Of a stretch of DNA of 64,000 nt, positions 35,673-44,299 are shown piece by piece; within the stretch, counting starts at the first letter, position 1, and each line of letters opens with the position of its first letter. Origin of the DNA: Eukaryota sp. TZLM1-RC (Eukaryota; Protista; Metamonada: BaSk clade). Where the stretch lies: contig JAUPSS010000008.1 of NCBI GenBank assembly GCA_040285825.1, positions 186,001-250,000 on the forward strand, read 5' to 3'. Below the pieces are notes generated by a model. That model made no database searches and was not told the DNA's origin. It was given only the letters and a program-made list of their open reading frames with translations. The position numbers were made by a program, and so were the translations under genes.

Positions 35673-36914
35673 TTAAAATATATTCAACCAAAATCGAAGA
35701 CCTTCGAGTGATTCATCCCGTAATAAAATTGCTTCTTCTTCTGCACCGATAACCAAATCTTTAATTAATCCAACAGAAACATTTAAAAAACTAGCAATTT
35801 CGGCTATAGAAAACCCTGCAACCTTGGAATCATCAATCAAAATCACATCACCATTGTTGACTGTCATCAACTCAACAGTTTCCCTTATCATGCGAAACAC
35901 ATCAGAAAGACTATTTCCAGTCATAATCGCTCTCGATCCAGAGGGTAAATCAAATAGAAACAGACCACAATTGATACTCTTAAAATGTTGGCACGCTAAA
36001 AGAAAATCATTTGGTGACAACAAGTCTGTTCCTCTAGCTCTATTGGCAACACAAAACGCATCAACCAAACCTATTATTCCACCCCAATCTCCAACAAACG
36101 AACCAGGAATTTGATTGGAATTGTTTTTACTGGTTAGTAATGGTTTCAAAAGTGAAGCAACTTCCAAGGAAACTTGTTCAAGAAATTCAACATGACTCTT
36201 ATTGAACTTAGTGACTACTGAAGAAAGTCCCAGTGAGTCAAGCACAGTGTTCACGTTAGTTTCCGCCTCAGTCAAAACTTCTGATCCTTTATTCTGAGCT
36301 TCTGCAACTGATCCTGATAACCGTGAAGCCAAAGCTGTCAATTCTTTAGCATGTGTTTGTAATGACGAAAGATCATCAATGCCAGACAGTGTAGATTTAA
36401 CTACATCCCGTTCATGCTCAATCATGTTTCTACCAGAGGCAATTCCATAAGAAGTGACAGAAGGAGCAGAGAATCCTGGAGAACATTGAACCCATGCTTT
36501 ATCGTGAAGAGCTCTAACTAGGGATGACGTAGCCTGTGCACAACCCTTGGAGAGAAAGGAGAAACGTAGAAAAAGTTCTGGTAGTGTAGGAGAATTTGCT
36601 CGTGGAGGCAAGGGCTTTATGAAAAACTTTAACTTGGCGTGGTGCATCAAAAAACCTTTGGTACGTTCTATTGAATCGTCAACTACTTGGGATAGAGACA
36701 GTGCCAGTTTATAATCAGCTGTGTAAGGTTTGTAAAGTGCTCGGTGACTAGTAATCCAGAGAATACCACTCGAGAATGCAGGGTCTTTGGTGTCTCCTAG
36801 ATATAGTTTAACCTGTCTATGAGAGAACAGTTCAACCTCATGATTAAGGAACTTAGGCTTTGATGAAATAGCTTCATCAAATGATAGAAAATATGACCAA
36901 AGTAGTGAAGTCAT
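35673..36914 (-). CDS. VPS36: ESCRT-II subunit Vps36 (GLUE + winged helix)
   Basis: GILWITSHR (GLUE domain), GGIIGLVDAFCVANRARGTDLLSPND, and LLRDESLEGLRFWLNIF. Confidence 0.9.
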   Translation of the reverse strand: MTSLLWSYFLSFDEAISSKPKFLNHEVELFSHRQVKLYLGDTKDPAFSSGILWITSHRALYKPYTADYKLALSLSQVVDDSIERTKGFLMHHAKLKFFIKPLPPRANSPTLPELFLRFSFLSKGCAQATSSLVRALHDKAWVQCSPGFSAPSVTSYGIASGRNMIEHERDVVKSTLSGIDDLSSLQTHAKELTALASRLSGSVAEAQNKGSEVLTEAETNVNTVLDSLGLSSVVTKFNKSHVEFLEQVSLEVASLLKPLLTSKNNSNQIPGSFVGDWGGIIGLVDAFCVANRARGTDLLSPNDFLLACQHFKSINCGLFLFDLPSGSRAIMTGNSLSDVFRMIRETVELMTVNNGDVILIDDSKVAGFSIAEIASFLNVSVGLIKDLVIGAEEEAILLRDESLEGLRFWLNIF

Positions 36915-36923
36915 CGTTGATAG

Positions 36924-37245
36924 CTATAACAATGAAACAAGTGTCCTCTTTACACCAATGTAGAGGGACTGAGTTTTTGAGAAGTGGAAGATTTTCTTCT
37001 TGATATCTTCTTTTGAACCTTCATCAACCTTGGCTCTCTGCAGGTATACTGGTCTATCTCCACCTTTTACATGAGCTTCCATTCTTACGACATTTCTCAA
37101 GTCTTCTCCAATTCCTTTCTTATTAATTCTGTGTTCAGTAGGTTCTCTGAATTTCATAGGTTTTTGTTGTTGTCAGACTGAAATCCCAACAACAACTTGG
37201 CTGGGATCAGCATTCACTGACCGAAAGCGCTGAATCATTTTGTCC
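36924..37245 (-). pseudogene. Fanzor family-1 3' fragment with omegaRNA scaffold (internally deleted, terminal stem truncated)
   Basis: KMIQRFRSV..DPSQVVVGI, MKFREPT and MEAHVKGGDRPVYLQR. The DNA matches 4670-4829 up to ...GGACACTTGTTTCATTGTTATAG, ending 9 nt before the VPS36 ATG. Confidence 0.88.
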
Positions 37246-37505
37246 TGAAAAAATGGACTGTTATCCTCCTTGTTCAGCAAATCAAACAGACTACTTTTTT
37301 CTCAAAGCCAAAAAGGTTATAGTTAATGTTCATTATATATGCAACAACTGCCCAACAAGTGCTGTAATAGTCAATTTTTTAAAGCAGATCCATTTTTTTT
37401 ATTTGTAATGTTTTTACTCTATGTCCAAATGGAAGGAGGTGTAATTAGATTACAATGAATTAATTTCGAAATGGAAATGAATGGAATTTTTATAATACAC
37501 ACTGG

Positions 37506-39302
37506 TCATCGAAAAGCTTTTTTGATTGTTCTGTTCCTTTTTGATTTAAAAACATTAGCACCCATCTGTCGATCATTTTGAACGTCCAAAAGGTCAGTAC
37601 TAATTAAGTGAATAGCTATAGAATTTTTACTTAGACCTTTTTGTTTAGTAGAATGGGATCTAGTATCATTAGATTTGGTAATTTTTTGATCATCTTTACT
37701 GGTACACTTTGAAATAGAATTTTTAGGGTAGACAAAACTGTTACCTTCGCATTTGCCTTCGGAAGGCAAGTTGAATTGTTTCACAGCAACAGAGGGTCTT
37801 CGTGGACGAGGTGGTTGGGGTGATAGTCCTTTGAGAGCCTGAAAACCTGAATGTTCAGAGCACCTTCCATTTGGTTCTACCTTGAAAATTTCATCAGAAA
37901 CTCGAACTAAATCTTCATTATGGGAACAACTTTGTTTACAAAAACGACAGAAAAGGTGAGACTTTTGGTTATTGGAATCCTCAAGTTCTTGTCCAATGTT
38001 TTCTAAATTGCGTAACAATAAAAATAAACCACTTCTTGATGTTCCAAGTTCAAGTTTTTCTAGATTAATTAATTCAAAAATTCTTAAGCATTGTTTAATT
38101 ATTTCATCTCTCAGTGAAATATCTTGTTTTGTAGAATAACAATAATCAGTCCTTTTTTGTAATTCATGTTTCAATTGATCTTTCAATTGTTCAATAACCC
38201 CTTCATAATAAGGAGTTACTTCCTTTTCAACTATTTCATTTGAAATTCTACATGGTTTTGAAATGCCCATGGCTCTGGTCGAATAAGACAAGGTATTCAG
38301 AGTATCTTCATACGACTTAATAGAAGGGTTAATGGTGGATAGTAAAACAGTTTTAGAATTACCCACAAAAGCAGACTTTAAGAGTCTAGTTAATTTGCTT
38401 TGTCTGAAAGGAATATGAACCTTATTTGACCTTTTCTTCTGGAATCCAGAAGACTTTTGATCGGATAATGTAGAGATTATAGTACCAAGAGCCAACAAAC
38501 TTTTGTTGATGAAGCTCCCTTCCTTTAACCTTTCACCAGTATTAGTACTTTTTCTTTCATTACCAGCCAAGTCAGCAATTCTGAAGTAATTAATGGTATT
38601 AGTAGAAGAATTAAATCTTGATATAGTGACCAAAGCATGACTCCGGGAACTTAAAGGGTTAGCATCGGTAGCAAACGTAGCCCTATTTGTTAAGGCTCTT
38701 TTTAGAAGGGTCATTGCTTGGGAGAAGGATTCTATAATTATATTAGAAAGTCCCGAGACAATTGAATTACCATTATCATCATCGAAAATAGACAATTCGT
38801 TGGTGGTAGTACTTGAAAGTAAATCGTAAACCTTTTCTTGGTAAAGTTCAATAAAAGAAATTTTAAATGTACAGGAACTATCATTTTCAAACAGTTTTGA
38901 AAGGACTCTAGGGATAACTCCAAACAGCTCTTCCTTATAAATTTCACCAATTATAGAAAAGGTCTTACCACTGAAGGTGCTTCCCATGGCAAGTAAATTA
39001 CAATTGAAACCAGAAAAAAAATCTGATAAAAGAGGCTCTACTGCTTGAAAGAATACATCGGATTGGGAACAAGAGCAAGAGAAGACTTTGTGGAAGGTGA
39101 ATCGATGGGTTTTACGTCGTTTGTTGCGAAAGATGTTGTCACGGGTGGGTTCTTTGAGGATAACGGTATTGTTGTTGGGGAAAACTACTGGTTGGTCTGG
39201 AGAAGGACGGATACGAACAAATACTTGTACAACCTCGGGAGACGAGTGTCCAACAGCTGATGGGACTGTCTGATGAGAGTAAAGAGTGTTATCTTGAAAC
39301 AT
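37506..39302 (-). CDS. Kinesin motor protein (possibly kinesin-8-like)
   Basis: VFVRIRP, P-loop GSTFSGKT, SSRSH, DLAGNE, HIPFRQSKLTRLL and YEDTLNTL. Confidence 0.92.
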   Translation of the reverse strand: MFQDNTLYSHQTVPSAVGHSSPEVVQVFVRIRPSPDQPVVFPNNNTVILKEPTRDNIFRNKRRKTHRFTFHKVFSCSCSQSDVFFQAVEPLLSDFFSGFNCNLLAMGSTFSGKTFSIIGEIYKEELFGVIPRVLSKLFENDSSCTFKISFIELYQEKVYDLLSSTTTNELSIFDDDNGNSIVSGLSNIIIESFSQAMTLLKRALTNRATFATDANPLSSRSHALVTISRFNSSTNTINYFRIADLAGNERKSTNTGERLKEGSFINKSLLALGTIISTLSDQKSSGFQKKRSNKVHIPFRQSKLTRLLKSAFVGNSKTVLLSTINPSIKSYEDTLNTLSYSTRAMGISKPCRISNEIVEKEVTPYYEGVIEQLKDQLKHELQKRTDYCYSTKQDISLRDEIIKQCLRIFELINLEKLELGTSRSGLFLLLRNLENIGQELEDSNNQKSHLFCRFCKQSCSHNEDLVRVSDEIFKVEPNGRCSEHSGFQALKGLSPQPPRPRRPSVAVKQFNLPSEGKCEGNSFVYPKNSISKCTSKDDQKITKSNDTRSHSTKQKGLSKNSIAIHLISTDLLDVQNDRQMGANVFKSKRNRTIKKAFR

Positions 39303-39361
39303 AAACTGAGTCTAGAACATAGTTGAGAATAGGGGTTCAAACAAATATACTTGTCTGTGGT

Positions 39362-39524
39362 TTTCAATTGAAATGCATACTTTCATCAAGCATCATTGAA
39401 ACTTATTCCAAGAACTTTCATTCTTGGTGAGATCGTCCACAGCCGTTCTAGAATCCTCGAATAATTGGCCACCAATCTCAGTGAGCCCATTTCTCCTCTA
39501 GAACAATACGTAGCTTTGAAGCTA
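39362..39524 (-). ncRNA. Putative Fanzor family-2 omegaRNA scaffold
   Basis: Lies directly 3' of the Fanzor stop. Features: UAGCUU/AAGCUA hairpin; interleaved stems GUUCUAGA/UCUAGAAC and UGAGAU/AUCUCA (pseudoknot order); CCAAGAAU-GAAA-GUUCUUGG tetraloop hairpin; terminal stem UUUCAAU/AUUGAAA. Confidence 0.65.
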
Positions 39525-40543
39525 GTTTCTTTGTGGTCTCTGGAGCGCTTCTGGTCTTGTTCCATAGTAGTGCTCACTAATTGCAATTTCTAGCTGATTT
39601 AGTGATGCAGAAATGTCTCTAGACCTTACTTGATTACATTCCGGACAACTGAAATAAGTGTTGTGAACTTTAACTTCACTTTCTACTTCTCGATACATCT
39701 TTTGGTGTAGCATTTTGCAGCAGTTCACCTTTGCAGATGTCATATATTCATCTTCGATCTTCACATTAGCAAATGAACATTGTAACAACTTGAGAAACGC
39801 CTTACGTGGAGTTTTCACTTTTTGACGTGACCACCTCCATTGCCAAACCACACCTTTACTTCTCGACCGGCTGCAAATTTTTTCACTTTGTTGATAATTG
39901 AGCTGAATCTTTTCTGTTTTCTTATAAAGAAGTCAAATGTGTTTTTCCTCAATGCTTTTCGAGTACTCAGATATAATTGCTGCTTTAGCAATGATCGTCT
40001 TACGTTATTACCTTCATAATCCTTATAGTCACCGATAGTTGATATTTCAAGCAGATAATGGTTCAATTTCAGCACGTCATAAACATCTATTGATGAGTGG
40101 GTCAATGAAGCGGAGTGATTGATTTTCGTTGCTTTGGTGCCAAGAAGATATTGGATACGGTCGGCCCTGAACGTGTTCCAATGCTGGAACCACATAGATT
40201 TGAGTGGTTGAGGTCGATGGCCCAGTACACCATTTCCGTTTCATCATCAGGTGCCTGCCACTCAGTAGCTTTTGGTTTCTGACGAGGTCTTGGCCGTTCA
40301 ACCTTGGCTTGCAAGGCATGTTTTCTATTCCGAGAGGTTTCGTAGTAGTCAAGTTCTCCTCTGGATCTCTTATCAGCCAAGACTTCTCCGGACAATCTCA
40401 CTTGTGTTGTTTTGGGGTGCGGTTTGAAAGTTTTACGGACACTATCACCATTAGAAGACATGGTGTAGTCATTAGCTTTTGTATTAAACAATAAATAAGG
40501 GTTTTTCAAAATTGTTTGTGATGTGTTCTTGGAAATAAAATGG
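39522..40543 (-). pseudogene. Fanzor family-2 nuclease, 5'-truncated, two frameshifts
   Basis: SSNGDSV (WED), YWAIDLN (RuvC-I), VWFGNGG, EDEYMTSAKVNCC (RuvC-II), CPEC, RSRDISASLN (RuvC-III) and GTRPEALQR across ORFs 40102-40572, 39815-40195 and 39522-39851. Confidence 0.88.
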
Positions 40544-40544
40544 T

Positions 40545-41483
40545 AACTCATAACTAATGCGACAACTATCATTGAACCAAGATTTCCTCTACAAAATCTT
40601 GATGTGCTTGCTGTCTAGCTAAAGCTTCTCTTATTCGATTGAAAAACCGAGGTAATCTATTAATAATGGCAAATTGAATTCGAGAACGCCATAAAAATAT
40701 ATCAAATCTTTTCATTGTTTTTTCTTGCACCATTTTTTGGAAGTCATCCATAAAAGTTTCTGCTTCAACTGATAATCTTCCATTTATCGAAAATGGGAAA
40801 GCAATAAAAACCAGCTGTGTATTTCTATCGACATTAGCCTCATCAATATCTTTATCATATTTTCTATGTTTCTCTTTTGCTTTAAAATCCAGAGCAGCCA
40901 CAGGATTAAGTTTTCTTCTGTGAACCAAAGTATCATTTGCAACATTACATGAGACAAAGTCAACAATAACTTCAGAATTATCAATCCAATCACAGTATAC
41001 ATCAATTTCTATCATCAGAACCAAAATTATTCAGAGAAATTGTTTCCTTCAGAAGAGGCTCTTTGATACACGATATTCTTGCAGTTTGTTGAAAACAGTG
41101 TCTTTTACAGCATCATGTAATGAAGAACGACAAGTTATCAATTTAGAGCAATTCAGAGCATGGCGCAAAGTGAGTTGAGGTGAATTCGAACAAATAAATT
41201 TTTCTTTTGATAATAATTGATTAATGGGGATGTTCAAATATAATCTCATTTTTGTTACAAATGCTTCATTAGTGGCACACAATCCAAATTTTCGTGGTAC
41301 AATAGTTACAAAAAGTGAAGAAATTGACGCCTTGTTTTCACAAACACCCTTTTCCAATAACAATGAGTGAAGATCTTGATTTAAAACAGACGAGCTGCAT
41401 ATATTATTATAAAGATCTTTTTCATACATTCCAGTCAATCATTTCTGTAATGGTCGAAGAGTGTACTTCAAATTTAAAACATT
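40545..41483 (-). mobile_element. CRE-like family A 3' fragment
   Basis: Highly similar to the reverse complement of ~28855-29795. Confidence 0.9.
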
Positions 41484-41487
41484 CTAT

Positions 41488-41586
41488 TGTTGCCTTAGGT
41501 TGCAAAAGTGGTTAGATAAAGATATTTTATTTTCTATTCATATTATAAAAGCCTAAGGGCGCCAACACTGCTTCTTCCCCTTTTTC
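41488..41586 (-). mobile_element. Diverged 3' LTR (80 bp) plus polypurine tract of the short-LTR family
   Basis: The reverse complement reads AAAAAAGGGGAAGAAGCAG-TGTTGGCGCCC...AAGGCAACA, as at 43754-43862. Confidence 0.85.
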
Positions 41587-41599
41587 AAAGTTAATAGGC

Positions 41600-41900
41600 T
41601 TTTTAATTAGTTACTGAACAACAGATCTTTAAAATGTCCAACATGTATAACCCAGTAAATGTGATTCTTCAGTTTGAGAATTCAACAAACCAGAAGAGTG
41701 CTACTTTGAAGTCTAATGCTTTGTTGAGGTGTGTATCTGAGGTTTGTAGAGAAAAATCTGTTCCGCATGACTGTCAAAAATTGAATATCTGAAAGCAATA
41801 GTCCAAAACGGCGAGGAATTTGTGTTATCAACCAAAATGAACTATTTGGAAAAATATTCACACTTAGGATTTCCATTTCCACTCATTCTTACATTTATTG
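41600..41900 (-). mobile_element. Degenerate CRE-like fragment
   Basis: SSFWLITQIPRRFGLLLSDIQFLTVMRNRF resembles family A/B sequence (QVPRVYGLFLND..MRLR). Confidence 0.6.
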
Positions 41901-42101
41901 ACACATATCTTGTTAAACATTATCATAGACATTGCTCTGTTCAAATATCATGTTAGTTCAAATAAAAATCATACTTTATTTCAAACTAAACAAACAAAAA
42001 ACTAAAATCTACTCACCTGACTGCAATCTAACTATCAACTAGGATGTGTAGTTTTTTATACCATGACCTTAAACAAAACAAACATCTTGCAGTAACTTCG
42101 T

Positions 42102-42422
42102 TTAAACGGGCCTTTTTTTGCTGGTTATAAGACTAGCGGCTGAAAAGTGGCCCTTGCTTGAAGCGGAACTGGGTTGTACAACAAAATAATTTTTTGCAAT
42201 CTTAGCCAAGCTTGGATACTTTTTCACATTTTCCTTCCACCACAGATAGGGATCAAATTCATAATTCACAATACCTTTTTTGAGATAAGATTTTAATTCA
42301 TTTTCTATATGGAGTTTGGTTACAGTGGATTTTTTGGCACCGAATTTATCGAACAATTCATTTTTTCTAACTGTTTGTTTCATTTCAGTTTGTCCATTGG
42401 TTGGTTGACTGATTGTAGTCAC
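42102..42422 (-). mobile_element. hAT transposase C-terminal dimerisation domain fragment
   Basis: ELKSYL..DPYLWWKEN..YPSLAKIA..PSSASS..FS is the hATC signature; the catalytic ER is replaced by KG. Confidence 0.85.
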
Positions 42423-42446
42423 TGTTTAAAACATTCTATTCAGTTG

Positions 42447-43862
42447 TGTTGGCGCCCTAAGGCTTATATGTTATGATTAGAAAATAAATCAACTTTTCCT
42501 CATTGACTTTTCTTTACTACAATAGACTTTAGGCAACAATAATTATTGGCCATTTTAAAGTCAAAAGGTATACCATAACTTCAGCATTAGCGAACATCTT
42601 CAGACACTTTACAGCATGTCAGACATCTTCCAACCAGATATCTCTGACTCTAATCCCCCACTTAATATGCAGCAGGTACCAGCGTCACATATACATGATA
42701 TAGAGGGTAACGAGGCAACGGACCCGGATCCCACCTCCCCCTCCCTTAAAGTAGAAGAAGATGAAAGAGTGGACGAGGTCCCTCCATCTTCAGCAACAGA
42801 AGAGGTAACGAGAAGGGACCCGGCTCCCTCTCCCCTCAAAAGAAAAGAAGAAACAGATGAGGTAACGAGAACGGACCCGGTTCCCTCTCCCCTCAAAGCA
42901 ATGGAAGAGGTAACGAGAACGGACCTGGCTCTCTCTCCCCTCCCAATTGTAGAACCTGTCTCAAAGGGAACGGATGGAAATCCCACCTTAGACACGTCTT
43001 CTGCATTAGGAGAATATGAAGAAATTCACATAATCTAAATTTGATGAGATGGAAGGAGAAGATGACTCCAGTGATGGATCCTCCTAACAAGGACACAGAG
43101 CCTTACCTCGAATCAATGGACTTTTATTCATTCGAGCAGCTCTCTTCCTTATGGAGCCAAACACAAGAGAAGTCGACCAAAAACGAGGTTACGAGTAGAA
43201 ACTCCACCTCCACTGTTATTGTACTAAAATGCAAAGATACGGTCTTTGCTCCTCTGATATTTTTAGTCGTAAAGCCAGTACTTTAACAACAAAAGACGCC
43301 GCCTTCAAATTTCTGAAGTTTGTTACTTCGTTTACTGTTGCTTTGATCCAACATAGACCCTGCATGATCATTAGCGAATCCATTCTTCGATTCCATGATA
43401 CCTTTACTAAACGACACTACCACGTAACTCGTTTACGAAAAAGGGAAGAAGCAGAGCGCTTTATGTAGCGATTAAAACATACACAACAAAGTATTCAAAC
43501 ACACAGATCTTGGAACGAGGCCCTTTTCAGTTATTGCTTACTATCTTATACTAACATTATTGTAGGAGAGTCATAGTACATCAATTGTCGATCTTAAAAA
43601 TGTAAAACCAGTGTTTGTGCGAATCCCAATCACTACAGAGATAATTGTAGACAATAGAAAACATTAGAATTTAGTATTTAGTTCTTAGTTTTTATAGTTA
43701 TTTAGTTATTTGTTATAGTTTTGTTTCATATTCATATAAGCTGATTTATTTTGAAAAAGGGAAGAAGCAGTGTTGGCGCCCTAAGGCTTATATGTTATGA
43801 TTAGAAAATAAATCAACTTTTCCTCATTGACTTTTCTTTACTACAATAGACTTTAGGCAACA
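42447..43862 (+). mobile_element. Non-autonomous LTR retroelement (TRIM-like) with identical 92-bp LTRs
   Basis: LTRs at 42447-42538 and 43771-43862 (TGTTG...CAACA) are identical; 4-bp TSD GTTG; PPT AAAAAGGGAAGAAGCAG at 43754-43770; no pol gene. Confidence 0.93.
42616..43038 (+). CDS. Acidic Pro-rich ORF inside the TRIM-like element (gag N-terminus remnant?)
   Basis: ATG-initiated, 140 aa, with three EVTR(R/T)D.(A/V/L)PSPL-like repeats. Confidence 0.4.
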   Translation: MSDIFQPDISDSNPPLNMQQVPASHIHDIEGNEATDPDPTSPSLKVEEDERVDEVPPSSATEEVTRRDPAPSPLKRKEETDEVTRTDPVPSPLKAMEEVTRTDLALSPLPIVEPVSKGTDGNPTLDTSSALGEYEEIHII

Positions 43863-44299
43863 GTTGAGCGAAATCAGCATCAACTTAGTGTAATTCCACG
43901 AATAAATGACTTGGATTGTTTTTATTCCTAGGGTCCAAAATAGTTGCAATCAAAGTCATTTCGCTATACAATAAACTTCTATATGGCACGGTTTCTGCTT
44001 CCTCCATTTCACTTTTGGAGATTATCTGTAGCTGTAACATTGACAGAGTCAGATATGTTTATTGTGGCGAGCAAAATGTTAGCTTTTTGGATGATAAAAT
44101 TCATTGATACAGAAGTCATGTTAGTCTTTACACTATTCTAGAGTGTAGATAGACTTACCTATTTATTCTTGTATATGGGCTTAATGTGTATTGTTCATTC
44201 ATGGAGACTTCACTAGTGATTGTATCGAAGTTCACTATAGCTCATTTCCCGTCGTAATAAATTACTCTCTATTTAAACATATGTCTAACCCTAGCCCTC

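Noticed and set aside
41879-41892. AAGAATGAGTG on the minus strand resembling the Fanzor family-1 end
   Set aside because: Only ~11 nt match, there is no upstream scaffold homology, and it lies in a CRE-like coding remnant.
41473-42440. 16-bp direct repeat TTTAAAACATTCTATT (41473-41488, 42425-42440) as a TSD
   Set aside because: It is AT-rich, overlaps CRE-A and LTR sequence, and the enclosed DNA is not a coherent element.
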